A stretch of 64,000 bases of DNA from Bugula neritina (Eukaryota > Animalia > Bryozoa): contig OZ037765.1 in assembly GCA_964035545.1 (NCBI GenBank), forward strand, positions 15,500,995 to 15,564,994. Direction: 5' to 3'. The number at the start of each line of letters is the position of its first letter. Within the stretch, counting starts at the first letter, position 1. Positions 1-18,400 of the stretch are shown here, piece by piece. The position numbers and the translations under genes were made by a program. Under the pieces are notes generated by a model. The model was not told the origin of the DNA. It made no database searches and worked only from the letters and a program-made list of their open reading frames with translations.

Positions 1-3000
1 CAAACTACTAAAATATATTGCAACATATCGAAAAATACTGCAAATGTGCACCATAATGAAATATACTGCAAAGATACTGAAATATACTGCAACATACTGA
101 AATATACTCAAACATACAGAAATATACCTAAAAATATTGAAACATACTGAAATACACTGTAGGATATTGAAATACACTGCAACACATTTGAAGATACTGC
201 AACCTACCGAAATAAATGGTAACCTACTGAAACATGTTGCAAACTACTGAAATTTACTGCAACATACTGCAACATCAAGAAATGTACTCTAACACCCTGA
301 ATTAAACTGCAAAATACTGAAAAATACTGTAACATACTGAAAAATACTGCAACAAACTGAAATATACTGCAACATACCGAAATATACTGCAAGATACTGC
401 AACATACTAAAATACACTGCAACACATTGAAATAAACTCCAACTCACTGAAACATACGGCAACATACTGAAAAATACTGGGACACATTGAAATATACTGC
501 AACATACTGCAACATACTGAAGCACGCTGTAACATATTGAAATACACTGCAACACATTAAAATATACTGTAGCATACTGAAATACACTGCAACACACTGA
601 AGCATACTATAATATACAGAAATGTACTTTAACGTACTGAAACACACTTCCACATACTGAAACGTACTGCAACCTGCTGAAATATACTGCAACATACTGA
701 AACCTATTGCAACATACTGAAATATACTGCAACATACTAAAATATGCTGCAGGAAACTGCAACATACTGAAATACACTGTAACATACTGAAATGTACTTC
801 AACATACTGAAATATACCTAAAATTATTGAAACATACTGAAACACACTGTAGGATATGGAAATACACTGCAACACTTTGGAATATACTGCAACATACTGA
901 AATACACTTTAACATACTGAAATACACTGCAACATACTGAAATACACCTGAACATATTGAAATGCACTGCAACACATTAGAATAAACTGCAACATAACTA
1001 TATATACGGTAATATACTGAAGTATAGCGTAATTTACGGAAATGTACTGTAACATACTGAAATATACTGTAACACACTGAAATAAACTGCAAAATACTAA
1101 ACTATACTGTAACATACTGAAATATACTGCAACATACTGAAATACACTGCAAGATACTGCAACATACTGAAATACACTGTAACATACTAAAATACACTGC
1201 AACATACTGCAACATACTGACATACACTGGAGCATATTGAAGTACACTGCAACACTTTGAAATATACTGCAACACACTGAAACATACGGCAACATTCTGA
1301 AATATCTCGCGACACATGGAAATATACTGCAGCATACTGCAATATGCTGTAGCATACTGAAATACACTGCAACACACTGAAGTATACTGTAATATACGGA
1401 AACGTATTGTAACATACTGAAACACACGTCAACATACTGAAATGTACTGCAACATGCTGAAATATACTGCAACATACTTAAACCTATTGCAACATACTGA
1501 AACATACTGCAACATACTGAAATATACTGCAAGATACTACAACATACTGAAATACACTGTAACATACTGAAATATACTTCAACATACTGAAATATACCTA
1601 AACATATTTAAACATACTGAAACACACTGCAGGACATTGAAATACACTGGAACACTTTGAAATATGCTGCAACATACCGAAATATATGGTAACCTACTGA
1701 AATATACTGCGACACATTGAAATATACTGCAACTTACTGAAATATGCTATAGCATACTGAAACACACTGCAACACACTGGAGTAAACTGTAAAATACAGA
1801 AATGTACTGAAAAATACCGAAACATACTTCAACATACTAAAATGTACTGCAACATGCTGAAGTTTACTGCAACATACTGAATTACACTGCAACATATTGA
1901 AATACACTGCAACGTACTGCAACATGCTGAAATGTACTGCAACATACTGAATTATACTGCAACATACTGCAACATACTGAAACACGCTGTAACATATTAA
2001 AATACACTGCAACACAGCAAAATATACTGCAACATACTGAAATATGCTGTAGCATACTGAAATACACTGCAACGCGCTGAAGTATACTGTAATATACAGA
2101 AACGTACTGTAACATACTGAAACACACGTCAACATACTGAATTATACTGCAACATACTGCAACATACTGAAACACGCTGTAACATATTGAAATACACTGC
2201 AACACATTAAAATATACTGCAACATACTGAAATAGGTTGCAAACTACTAAAATATACTGCAACATATCGAAAAATACTGCAAATGTGCAACATAATGAAA
2301 TATACTGCAACAACTTAAAAGTTACTGTATGATATATAAACATACTCAAACATACTGAAACATGCTGCAACATATTTAAACATACCGGAACATAGTGAAA
2401 TATACCTAAAAATGTTGAAAGATACTGAAGCACACTGTAGGATATCGAAATACACTGCAACACTTTGGAATACACTGCAACATACCGAAATAAATGTTAA
2501 CCTACTGAAATATGTTGCAAGCTACTGAAATATACTGCAACATACTGCAACATAATGAAATATACTATAACACACTGAATTAAACTGCATTATAATGAAA
2601 TATACTGTAAGATACTGAAACCTACTGCAACATGCTGAAATATACTGCAACATACTGAAATATACTGCAAGATATTGCAACATACTGAAATGCACTGTAA
2701 CATATTGAAATACACTTCAACACATTGAAACATACTGCAACACACTGAAACATTCGGCAACACACTCACATGTACAGCGACACATTGAAATATGCTGCAA
2801 CATACTGAAATATGCTGTAGCATACTGAAATACACTGCAACACACTGAAGTATACTGCAACATACTGCAACACACTGAAATACGCTGTAACATATTGAAA
2901 TACACTGCAACACATTAAAATATACTGCAGCATACTGAGACATACGACAACATACTGAAATATACGCTGAGATATACTGCAACATACCGATATATGCTGT

Positions 3001-6000
3001 AGCATACTGAAATAGACTGCAACACACTTCAGTATACTGTATCATACAGAAACGCACTGTAACATACTGAAACATACGGCAACATATTGAAATGTTCTGC
3101 AACATACTGAAGTATACCGCAACAAACCGAAATATATGGTAACATACTGAAATAGGTTGCAAACTACTAAAATATATTGCAACAAATCGAAAAATACTGC
3201 AAATGTGCACCATAATGATATATACTGCAAAGATACTGAAACATACTGCAACATACTGAAATATACTGCAAGATACTACAACATACTGAAATACACTGTA
3301 ACATACTGAAATATACTTCAACATACTGAAATATACCTAAAAATATTTAAACATACTGAAACACACTGCAGGACATTGGAGTACACTGCAACACTTTGAA
3401 ATATGCTGCAACATACCGAAATATATGGTAACCTACTGAAATATACTGCGACACATTGAAATATACTGAAGCATACTGAAATATGCTGTAGCATACTGAA
3501 AGACACTGCAACACACTGGAGTAAACTGTAATGTACAGAAACGTACTGTAGCATACTCGAACACACTGCAACACACTGGAGTAAACTGTAAAATACAGAA
3601 ATGTACTGAAACATACCGAAACATACGTCAACATACTAAAATGTACTGCAACATGCTGAAATTTACTGCAACATACTGAATTACACTGCAACATATTGAA
3701 ATACACTGCAACGTACTGCAACATAATGAAATATACTATAACACACTGAATTAAACTGCAAAATACTGAAATATACTGTAACATACTGAAACCTACTGCA
3801 ACATACTAAAATATACTGCAACATACTGAAATATACTGCAAGATACTGCAACACACTGAAATACACTGTAACATACTGAAAAACAATGCAACATACTGCA
3901 ACATACTGACATACACTGGAACATATTGAAATACACTGCAACATATTGAAATATACTGCAACACACTGAAATATACGGCAACATACAGAAATGTACTGTG
4001 AAATACTGAAACATACGACATTCTACTAAAATATACTGCAACAACTGAAGTACACTGCAACATACTGAAATATACTTGAACATACTGAAATATACCTAAA
4101 AATATAGAAACATACTGAAACACACTGTAGGATATTGAAATACACTGCAACACTTTGGAATATACTTCAACATGCCGAAGTATATGGTAACCTACCGAAA
4201 TGTGTTGCAAACTACTGAAATATACTGCAACATACTGCAACATAATGAAATATACTATAACACACTGAAATAAACTGCAAAATACTGAAAAATACTGTAA
4301 CATACTGAAACATGCTGCAACAAACTGAAATATACTGCAACATACCGAAATATTTTGCAAGATACTGCAACATACTGAAATACATTGTAACATACTGAAA
4401 TACACTGGAACATATTGAAATACACTGCAACACATTGAAATAAACTTCAACTCACTGAAACATACGGCAACATACTGAAATATACTGGGACACATTAAAA
4501 TATACTGCAACATACTGAAATATAAAGCAAGATACTGCAACATACTGAAGTACACTGTAAGATATTGAAATACACTGCAACACATTGAAATATACTGCAA
4601 CACACTGAAACATACGGCAACATACTTAAATATACTGCTACACATTGAAATATACTGCAACATACTGAAATATGCTGTAGCATACTGAAATACACTGCAA
4701 CACACTGAAGTATACTGTAATATACAGAAATGTACTTTAACATACTGAAACATACTTCAACATACTGAAATGTACTGCAACCTGCTGAAATATATTGCAA
4801 CGTACTGAAATACACTGTAACATACTCAATTACACCGCAACATTCTGCAACATACTGAACTATGCTGTAACATATTGAAATACACTGCAACACATTGAAA
4901 TACACTGCAACATACTGCAACATACTGAAATACACCGTATCATATTGAAATACACCGCAACACATTGAAATATACTACAATACACTGCAACATACTACAA
5001 CATACAGAAATTCACTGTAACAGATGAAAATACCCTGCAACATACCGAAATATACAGTAAGCTACTGAAATATGTTGCAAACTACTGAAATATACTTCAA
5101 CATGCTGCATCATAATGAAATATACTATACCACACTGAAATAAACTGCAAAATACTGAAATATACTGTAACATACTGAAATATACTGCAACATACTGAAA
5201 TACACTGCAGGATACTGCAACATACTGAAATATGCTGTAACATACTGAAATACACTGCAACATACCGCAACATACTGACATACACTGGAGTATATTGAAG
5301 TACACTGCAACACATTGAAATATACTGCAACACACTGAAACATACGGCAACATTCTGAAATATCTTGCGACACATTGAAATATATTGCAGCATACTGAAA
5401 TATGCTGTAGCATACTGAAATACACTGCAACACACTGAAGTATACTGTAATATACGGAAACGTACTGTAACATACTGAAACATACGTCAACATACTGAAA
5501 TGTACTGCAACATGCTGAAATTTACTGCAACATACTGAATTACACTGCAACATATTGAAATACACTGCAACGTACTGCAACAAAATGAAATATACTATAA
5601 CACACTGAATTAAACTGCAAAATACTGAAATATACTGTAACATACTGAAACCTACTGCAACATGCTAAAATATACTGCAACATACTGAAATATCCTGCAA
5701 GATACTGCAACATACTGAAATACACTGTAACATACTGAAAAACATTACAACATACTGCAACATACTGACATACACTGGAACATATTGAAATACACTGCAA
5801 CACATTGAAATGTACTGCAACACACTGAAACATACGGCAACATACTGAAACATACTGCAACACATTGAGATATACTGCGAATGTGCAACATAATGAAATA
5901 TACTGCAACAACTTAAAAGTTACTGTATGATATATAAACATACTCAAACCTACTCAAACATGCTGCAACATATTTAAACATACCGGAACATAGTGAAATA

Positions 6001-6885
6001 TACCTAAAAATGTTGAAAGATACTGAAGCACACTGTAGGATATCGAAATACACTGCAAAACTTTGGAATACACTGCAACATACCGAAATAAATGTTAACC
6101 TACTGAAATATGTTGCAAGCTACTGAAATATACTGCAACATACCGCAACATAATGAAATATACTATAACACACTGAATTAAACTGCATTATAATGAAATA
6201 TACTGTAAGATACTGAAACCTACTGCAACATGCTAAAATATACTGCAACATACTGAAATATACTGCAAGATATTGCAACATACTGAAATACACTGTAACA
6301 TATTGAAATACACTTCAACACATTGAAACATACTGCAACACACTGAAACATACGGCAACACACTCACATGTACAGCGACACATTGAAATATACTGCAACA
6401 TACTGAAATATGCTGTAGCATACTGAAATACACTGCAACACACTGAAGTATACTGTAATATACAGAAACGTACTGTAACACACTGAAACACACGTCAACA
6501 TACTGAAATGTACTGCAACATACCGAGATATACTGCAACATACTGAATTATACTGCAACATACTGCAACATACTGAAATACGCTGTAACATATTGAAATA
6601 CACTGCAACACATTAAAATATACTGCAGCATACTGAGACATACGACAACATACTGAAATATACGTTGAGATACACTGCAACATACCGAAATATGCTGTAG
6701 CATACTGAAATAGACTGCAACACACTTCAGTATACTGTATCCTACAGAAATGCACTGTAACATACTGAAACATACAGCAACATATTGAAATGTTCTGCAA
6801 CATACTGAAGTACACCGCAACAAACCGAAATATATGGTAACATACTGAAATAGGTTGCAAACTACTAAAATATATTGCAACATAT

Positions 6886-9800
6886 CGAAAAATACTGCAA
6901 ATGTGCACCATAATGAAATATACTGCAAAGATACTGAAATATACTGCAACATACTGAAATATACTCAAACATACAGAAATATACCTAAAAATATTGAAAC
7001 ATACTGAAATACACTGTAGGATATTGAAATACGCTGCAACACATTTGAAGATACGGCAACCTACCGAAATAAATGGTAACCTACTGAAACATGTTGCAAA
7101 CTACTGAAATTTACTGCAACATCAAGAAATATACTATAACACCCTGAATTAAACTGCAAAATACTGAAAAATACTGTAACATACTGAAAAATACTGTAAC
7201 ATACTGAAAAATACTGCAACAAACTGAAATATACTGCAACATACCAAAATATACTGCAAGCTACTGCAACATACTAAAATACACTGCAACACATTGAAAT
7301 AAACTCCAACTCACTGAAACATACGGCAACATACTGAAATATACTGGGACACATTGAAATATACTGCAACATACTGCAACATACTGAAACACGCTGTAAC
7401 ATATTGAAATACACTGCAACACATCAAAATATACTGCAACATACTGAAACATACAACAACATACTGAAGCACACTGCAGGATATTGAAATACACTGCAAC
7501 ACTTTGAAATATACTGCAACACACTGAAACATACGGCAACATACTGAAATATACTGCGACACATTGAAATATACTGCAACTTACTGAAATATGCTGTAGC
7601 ATACTGAAACACACTGCAACACACTGGAGTAAACTGTAATATACAGAAACGTACTGTAGCATACTCAAACACACTGCAACACACTGGAGTAAACTGTAAA
7701 ATACAGAAATGTACTGAAAAATACCGAAACACACTTCAACATACTAAAATGTACTGCAACATGCTGAAATTTACTGCAACATACTGAATTACACTGCAAC
7801 ATATTGAAATACACTGCAACGTACTGCAACATGCTGAAATGTACTGCAACATACTGAAATATACTGCAAGATATTGCAACATACTGAAATACACTGTAAC
7901 ATATTGAAATACACTGCAACACATTGAAGCATACTGCAACACACTGAAACATCTGGCAACACACTCACATATACAGCGACACATTGAAATATACTGCAAC
8001 ATACTGAAATATGCTGTAGCATACTGAAATACACTGCAACACACTGAAGTATACTGTAATATACAGAAACGTACTGTAACACACTGAAACACACGTCAAC
8101 ATACTGAATTGTACTGCAACATACTGAGATATACTGCAACATACTTAATTATACTGCAACATACTGCAACATACTGAAACACGCTGTAACATATTGAAAT
8201 ACACTGCAACACATCAAAATATACTGCAACATACTGAAACATACAACAACATACTGAAATATACGTTGAGATATACTGCAACATACCGAAATATGCTGTA
8301 GCATAATGAAATAGACTGCAACACACTTCAGTATACTGTATTATACAGAAATGCACTGTAACATACTGAAACATACGGCAACATATTGAAATGTACTGCA
8401 AGATACTGAAGTATACCGCAACAAACCGAAATATATGGTAACATACTGAAATAGGTTGCAAACTACTAAAATATATTGCAACATGTCGAAAAATACTGCA
8501 AATGTGCACCATAATGAAATATACTGCAAAGATACTGAAATATACTGCAACATACTGAAATATACTCAAACATACAGAAATATACCTAAAAATATTGAAA
8601 CATACTGAAATACACTGTAGGATATTGAAATACGCTGCAACACATTTGAAGATACGGCAACCTACCGAAATAAATGGTAACCTACTGAAACATGTTGCAA
8701 ACTACTGAAATTTACTGCAACATACTGCAACATCAAGAAATATACTATAACACCCTGAATTAAACTGCAAAATACTGAAAAATACTGTAACATACTGAAA
8801 AATACTGTAACATACTGAAAAATACTGCAACAAACTGAAATATACTGCAACATACCAAAATATACTGCAAGCTACTGCAACATACTAAAATACACTGCAA
8901 CACATTGAAATAAACTCCAACTCACTGAAACATACGGCAACATACTGAAATATACTGGGACACATTGAAATATACTGCAACATACTGCAACATACTGAAA
9001 CACGCTGTAACATATTGAAATACACTGCAACACATCAAAATATACTGCAACATACTGAAACATACAACAACATACTGAAGCACACTGCAGGATATTGAAA
9101 TACACTGCAACACTTTGAAATATACTGCAACACACTGAAACATACGGCAACATACTGAAATATACTGCGACACATTGAAATATACTGCAACTTACTGAAA
9201 TATGCTGTAGCATACTGAAACACACTGCAACACACTGGAGTAAACTGTAATATACAGAAACGTACTGTAGCATACTCAAACACACTGCAACACACTGGAG
9301 TAAACTGTAAAATACAGAAATGTACTGAAAAATACCGAAACACACTTCAACATACTAAAATGTACTGCAACATGCTGAAATTTACTGCAACATACTGAAT
9401 TACACTGCAACATATTGAAATACACTGCAACGTACTGCAACATGCTGAAATGTACTGCAACATACTGAAATATACTGCAAGATATTGCAACATACTGAAA
9501 TACACTGTAACATATTGAAATACACTGCAACACATTGAAGCATACTGCAACACACTGAAACATCTGGCAACACACTCACATATACAGCGACACATTGAAA
9601 TATACTGCAACATACTGAAATATGCTGTAGCATACTGAAATACACTGCAACACACTGAAGTATACTGTAATATACAGAAACGTACTGTAACACACTGAAA
9701 CACACGTCAACATACTGAATTGTACTGCAACATACTGAGATATACTGCAACATACTTAATTATACTGCAACATACTGCAACATACTGAAACACGCTGTAA

Positions 9801-11530
9801 CATATTGAAATACACTGCAACACATCAAAATATACTGCAACATACTGAAACATACAACAACATACTGAAATATACGTTGAGATATACTGCAACATACCGA
9901 AATATGCTGTAGCATAATGAAATAGACTGCAACACACTTCAGTATACTGTATTATACAGAAATGCACTGTAACATACTGAAACATACGGCAACATATTGA
10001 AATGTACTGCAAGATACTGAAGTATACCGCAACAAACCGAAATATATGGTAACATACTGAAATAGGTTGCAAACTACTAAAATATATTGCAACATGTCGA
10101 AAAATACTGCAAATGTGCACCATAATGAAATATACTGCAAAGATACTGAAATATACTGCAACATACTGAAATATACTCAAACATACAGAAATATACCTAA
10201 AAATATTGAAACATACTGAAATACACTGTAGGATATTGAAATACGCTGCAACACATTTGAAGATACGGCAACCTACCGAAATAAATGGTAACCTACTGAA
10301 ACATGTTGCAAACTACTGAAATTTACTGCAACATACTGCAACATCAAGAAATATACTATAACACCCTGAATTAAACTGCAAAATACTGAAAAATACTGTA
10401 ACATACTGAAAAATACTGTAACATACTGAAAAATACTGCAACAAACTGAAATATACTGCAACATACCAAAATATACTGCAAGCTACTGCAACATACTAAA
10501 ATACACTGCAACACATTGAAATAAACTCCAACTCACTGAAACATACGGCAACATACTGAAATATACTGGGACACATTGAAATATACTGCAACATACTGCA
10601 ACATACTGAAACACGCTGTAACATATTGAAATACACTGCAACACATCAAAATATACTGCAACATACTGAAACATACAACAACATACTGAAGCACACTGCA
10701 GGATATTGAAATACACTGCAACACTTTGAAATATACTGCAACACACTGAAACATACGGCAACATACTGAAATATACTGCGACACATTGAAATATACTGCA
10801 ACTTACTGAAATATGCTGTAGCATACTGAAACACACTGCAACACACTGGAGTAAACTGTAATATACAGAAACGTACTGTAGCATACTCAAACACACTGCA
10901 ACACACTGGAGTAAACTGTAAAATACAGAAATGTACTGAAAAATACCGAAACACACTTCAACATACTAAAATGTACTGCAACATGCTGAAATTTACTGCA
11001 ACATACTGAATTACACTGCAACATATTGAAATACACTGCAACGTACTGCAACATGCTGAAATGTACTGCAACATACTGAAATATACTGCAAGATATTGCA
11101 ACATACTGAAATACACTGTAACATATTGAAATACACTGCAACACATTGAAGCATACTGCAACACACTGAAACATCTGGCAACACACTCACATATACAGCG
11201 ACACATTGAAATATACTGCAACATACTGAAATATGCTGTAGCATACTGAAATACACTGCAACACACTGAAGTATACTGTAATATACAGAAACGTACTGTA
11301 ACACACTGAAACACACGTCAACATACTGAATTGTACTGCAACATACTGAGATATACTGCAACATACTTAATTATACTGCAACATACTGCAACATACTGAA
11401 ACACGCTGTAACATATTGAAATACACTGCAACACATCAAAATATACTGCAACATACTGAAACATACAACAACATACTGAAATATACGTTGAGATATACTG
11501 CAACATACCGAAATATGCTGTAGCATAATG
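6886..11530. repeat. 1,611-bp higher-order repeat, ~2.9 tandem copies
   Basis: Identical ORF translations recur at 7261/8872/10483, 7665/9276/10887 and 8096/9707 (offset 1,611). The first copy lacks one 10-bp unit near 7115. Confidence 0.93.
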
Positions 11531-14500
11531 AAATAGACTGCAACACACTTCAGTATACTGTATCATACAGAAACGCACTGTAACATACTGAAACATACGG
11601 CAACATATTGAAATGTTCTGCAACATACTGAAGTATACCGCAACAAACCGAAATATATGGTAACATACTGAAATAGGTTGCAAACTACTAAAATATATTG
11701 CAACAAATCGAAAAATACTGCAAATGTGCACCATAATGATATATACTGCAAAGATACTGAAACATACTGCAACATACTGAAATATACTGCAAGATACTAC
11801 AACATACTGAAATACACTGTAACATACTGAAATATACTTCAACATACTGAAATATACCTAAAAATATTTAAACATACTGAAACACACTGCAGGACATTGG
11901 AGTACACTGCAACACTTTGAAATATGCTGCAACATACCGAAATATATGGTAACCTACTGAAATATACTGCGACACATTGAAATATACTGAAGCATACTGA
12001 AATATGCTGTAGCATACTGAAAGACACTGCAACACACTGGAGTAAACTGTAATGTACAGAAACGTACTGTAGCATACTCGAACACACTGCAACACACTGG
12101 AGTAAACTGTAAAATACAGAAATGTACTGAAACATACCGAAACATACGTCAACATACTAAAATGTACTGCAACATGCTGAAATTTACTGCAACATACTGA
12201 ATTACACTGCAACATATTGAAATACACTGCAACGTACTGCAACATAATGAAATATACTATAACACACTGAATTAAACTGCAAAATACTGAAATATACTGT
12301 AACATACTGAAACCTACTGCAACATACTAAAATATACTGCAACATACTGAAATATACTGCAAGATACTGCAACACACTGAAATACACTGTAACATACTGA
12401 AAAACAATGCAACATACTGCAACATACTGACATACACTGGAACATATTGAAATACACTGCAACATATTGAAATATACTGCAACACACTGAAATATACGGC
12501 AACATACAGAAATGTACTGTGAAATACTGAAACATACGACATTCTACTAAAATATACTGCAACAACTGAAGTACACTGCAACATACTGAAATATACTTGA
12601 ACATACTGAAATATACCTAAAAATATAGAAACATACTGAAACACACTGTAGGATATTGAAATACACTGCAACACTTTGGAATATACTTCAACATGCCGAA
12701 GTATATGGTAACCTACCGAAATGTGTTGCAAACTACTGAAATATACTGCAACATACTGCAACATAATGAAATATACTATAACACACTGAAATAAACTGCA
12801 AAATACTGAAAAATACTGTAACATACTGAAACATGCTGCAACAAACTGAAATATACTGCAACATACCGAAATATTTTGCAAGATACTGCAACATACTGAA
12901 ATACATTGTAACATACTGAAATACACTGGAACATATTGAAATACACTGCAACACATTGAAATAAACTTCAACTCACTGAAACATACGGCAACATACTGAA
13001 ATATACTGGGACACATTAAAATATACTGCAACATACTGAAATATAAAGCAAGATACTGCAACATACTGAAGTACACTGTAAGATATTGAAATACACTGCA
13101 ACACATTGAAATATACTGCAACACACTGAAACATACGGCAACATACTTAAATATACTGCTACACATTGAAATATACTGCAACATACTGAAATATGCTGTA
13201 GCATACTGAAATACACTGCAACACACTGAAGTATACTGTAATATACAGAAATGTACTTTAACATACTGAAACATACTTCAACATACTGAAATGTACTGCA
13301 ACCTGCTGAAATATATTGCAACGTACTGAAATACACTGTAACATACTCAATTACACCGCAACATTCTGCAACATACTGAACTATGCTGTAACATATTGAA
13401 ATACACTGCAACACATTGAAATACACTGCAACATACTGCAACATACTGAAATACACCGTATCATATTGAAATACACCGCAACACATTGAAATATACTACA
13501 ATACACTGCAACATACTACAACATACTGAAATTCACTGTAACAGATGAAAATACCCTGCAACATACCGAAATATACAGTAAGCTACTGAAATATGTTGCA
13601 AACTACTGAAATATACTTCAACATGCTGCATCATAATGAAATATACTATACCACACTGAAATAAACTGCAAAATACTGAAATATACTGTAACATACTGAA
13701 ATATACTGCAACATACTGAAATACACTGCAGGATACTGCAACATACTGAAATATGCTGTAACATACTGAAATACACTGCAACATACCGCAACATACTGAC
13801 ATACACTGGAGTATATTGAAGTACACTGCAACACATTGAAATATACTGCAACACACTGAAACATACGGCAACATTCTGAAATATCTTGCGACACATTGAA
13901 ATATATTGCAGCATACTGAAATATGCTGTAGCATACTGAAATACACTGCAACACACTGAAGTATACTGTAATATACGGAAACGTACTGTAACATACTGAA
14001 ACATACGTCAACATACTGAAATGTACTGCAACATGCTGAAATTTACTGCAACATACTGAATTACACTGCAACATATTGAAATACACTGCAACGTACTGCA
14101 ACAAAATGAAATATACTATAACACACTGAATTAAACTGCAAAATACTGAAATATACTGTAACATACTGAAACCTACTGCAACATGCTAAAATATACTGCA
14201 ACATACTGAAATATCCTGCAAGATACTGCAACATACTGAAATACACTGTAACATACTGAAAAACATTACAACATACTGCAACATACTGACATACACTGGA
14301 ACATATTGAAATACACTGCAACACATTGAAATGTACTGCAACACACTGAAACATACGGCAACATACTGAAACATACTGCAACACATTGAGATATACTGCG
14401 AATGTGCAACATAATGAAATATACTGCAACAACTTAAAAGTTACTGTATGATATATAAACATACTCAAACCTACTCAAACATGCTGCAACATATTTAAAC

Positions 14501-15406
14501 ATACCGGAACATAGTGAAATATACCTAAAAATGTTGAAAGATACTGAAGCACACTGTAGGATATCGAAATACACTGCAAAACTTTGGAATACACTGCAAC
14601 ATACCGAAATAAATGTTAACCTACTGAAATATGTTGCAAGCTACTGAAATATACTGCAACATACCGCAACATAATGAAATATACTATAACACACTGAATT
14701 AAACTGCATTATAATGAAATATACTGTAAGATACTGAAACCTACTGCAACATGCTAAAATATACTGCAACATACTGAAATATACTGCAAGATATTGCAAC
14801 ATACTGAAATACACTGTAACATATTGAAATACACTTCAACACATTGAAACATACTGCAACACACTGAAACATACGGCAACACACTCACATGTACAGCGAC
14901 ACATTGAAATATACTGCAACATACTGAAATATGCTGTAGCATACTGAAATACACTGCAACACACTGAAGTATACTGTAATATACAGAAACGTACTGTAAC
15001 ACACTGAAACACACGTCAACATACTGAAATGTACTGCAACATACCGAGATATACTGCAACATACTGAATTATACTGCAACATACTGCAACATACTGAAAT
15101 ACGCTGTAACATATTGAAATACACTGCAACACATTAAAATATACTGCAGCATACTGAGACATACGACAACATACTGAAATATACGTTGAGATACACTGCA
15201 ACATACCGAAATATGCTGTAGCATACTGAAATAGACTGCAACACACTTCAGTATACTGTATCCTACAGAAATGCACTGTAACATACTGAAACATACAGCA
15301 ACATATTGAAATGTTCTGCAACATACTGAAGTACACCGCAACAAACCGAAATATATGGTAACATACTGAAATAGGTTGAAAACTACTAAAATATATTGCA
15401 ACATAT

Positions 15407-18400
15407 CGAAAAATACTGCAAATGTGCACCATAATGAAATATACTGCAAAGATACTGAAATATACTGCAACATACTGAAATATACTCAAACATACAGAAA
15501 TATACCTAAAAATATTGAAACATACTGAAATACACTGTAGGATATTGAAATACGCTGCAACACATTTGAAGATACGGCAACCTACCGAAATAAATGGTAA
15601 CCTACTGAAACATGTTGCAAACTACTGAAATTTACTGCAACATACTGCAACATCAAGAAATATACTATAACACCCTGAATTAAACTGCAAAATACTGAAA
15701 AATACTGTAACATACTGAAAAATACTGTAACATACTGAAAAATACTGCAACAAACTGAAATATACTGCAACATACCAAAATATACTGCAAGCTACTGCAA
15801 CATACTAAAATACACTGCAACACATTGAAATAAACTCCAACTCACTGAAACATACGGCAACATACTGAAATATACTGGGACACATTGAAATATACTGCAA
15901 CATACTGCAACATACTGAAACACGCTGTAACATATTGAAATACACTGCAACACATCAAAATATACTGCAACATACTGAAACATACAACAACATACTGAAG
16001 CACACTGCAGGATATTGAAATACACTGCAACACTTTGAAATATACTGCAACACACTGAAACATACGGCAACATACTGAAATATACTGCGACACATTGAAA
16101 TATACTGCAACTTACTGAAATATGCTGTAGCATACTGAAACACACTGCAACACACTGGAGTAAACTGTAATATACAGAAACGTACTGTAGCATACTCAAA
16201 CACACTGCAACACACTGGAGTAAACTGTAAAATACAGAAATGTACTGAAAAATACCGAAACACACTTCAACATACTAAAATGTACTGCAACATGCTGAAA
16301 TTTACTGCAACATACTGAATTACACTGCAACATATTGAAATACACTGCAACGTACTGCAACATGCTGAAATGTACTGCAACATACTGAAATATACTGCAA
16401 GATATTGCAACATACTGAAATACACTGTAACATATTGAAATACACTGCAACACATTGAAGCATACTGCAACACACTGAAACATCTGGCAACACACTCACA
16501 TATACAGCGACACATTGAAACATACTGCAACATACTGAAATATGCTGTAGCATACTGAAATACACTGCAACACACTGAAGTATACTGTAATATACAGAAA
16601 CGTACTGTAACACACTGAAACACACGTCAACATACTGAATTGTACTGCAACATACTGAGATATACTGCAACATACTTAATTATACTGCAACATACTGCAA
16701 CATACTGAAACACACTGTAACATATTGAAATACACTGCAACACATCAAAATATACTGCAACATACTGAAACATACAACAACATACTGAAATATACGTTGA
16801 GATATACTGCAACATACCGAAATATGCTGTAGCATAATGAAATAGACTGCAACACACTTCAGTATACTGTATTATACAGAAATGCACTGTAACATACTGA
16901 AACATACGGCAACATATTGAAATGTACTGCAAGATACTGAAGTATACCGCAACAAACCGAAATATATGGTAACATACTGAAATAGGTTGCAAACTACTAA
17001 AATATATTGCAACATGTCGAAAAATACTGCAAATGTGCACCATAATGAAATATACTGCAAAGATACTGAAATATACTGCAACATACTGAAATATACTCAA
17101 ACATACAGAAATATACCTAAAAATATTGAAACATACTGAAATACACTGTAGGATATTGAAATACGCTGCAACACATTTGAAGATACGGCAACCTACCGAA
17201 ATAAATGGTAACCTACTGAAACATGTTGCAAACTACTGAAATTTACTGCAACATACTGCAACATCAAGAAATATACTATAACACCCTGAATTAAACTGCA
17301 AAATACTGAAAAATACTGTAACATACTGAAAAATACTGTAACATACTGAAAAATACTGCAACAAACTGAAATATACTGCAACATACCAAAATATACTGCA
17401 AGCTACTGCAACATACTAAAATACACTGCAACACATTGAAATAAACTCCAACTCACTGAAACATACGGCAACATACTGAAATATACTGGGACACATTGAA
17501 ATATACTGCAACATACTGCAACATACTGAAACACGCTGTAACATATTGAAATACACTGCAACACATCAAAATATACTGCAACATACTGAAACATACAACA
17601 ACATACTGAAGCACACTGCAGGATATTGAAATACACTGCAACACTTTGAAATATACTGCAACACACTGAAACATACGGCAACATACTGAAATATACTGCG
17701 ACACATTGAAATATACTGCAACTTACTGAAATATGCTGTAGCATACTGAAACACACTGCAACACACTGGAGTAAACTGTAATATACAGAAACGTACTGTA
17801 GCATACTCAAACACACTGCAACACACTGGAGTAAACTGTAAAATACAGAAATGTACTGAAAAATACCGAAACACACTTCAACATACTAAAATGTACTGCA
17901 ACATGCTGAAATTTACTGCAACATACTGAATTACACTGCAACATATTGAAATACACTGCAACGTACTGCAACATGCTGAAATGTACTGCAACATACTGAA
18001 ATATACTGCAAGATATTGCAACATACTGAAATACACTGTAACATATTGAAATACACTGCAACACATTGAAGCATACTGCAACACACTGAAACATCTGGCA
18101 ACACACTCACATATACAGCGACACATTGAAATATACTGCAACATACTGAAATATGCTGTAGCATACTGAAATACACTGCAACACACTGAAGTATACTGTA
18201 ATATACAGAAACGTACTGTAACACACTGAAACACACGTCAACATACTGAATTGTACTGCAACATACTGAGATATACTGCAACATACTTAATTATACTGCA
18301 ACATACTGCAACATACTGAAACACGCTGTAACATATTGAAATACACTGCAACACATCAAAATATACTGCAACATACTGAAACATACAACAACATACTGAA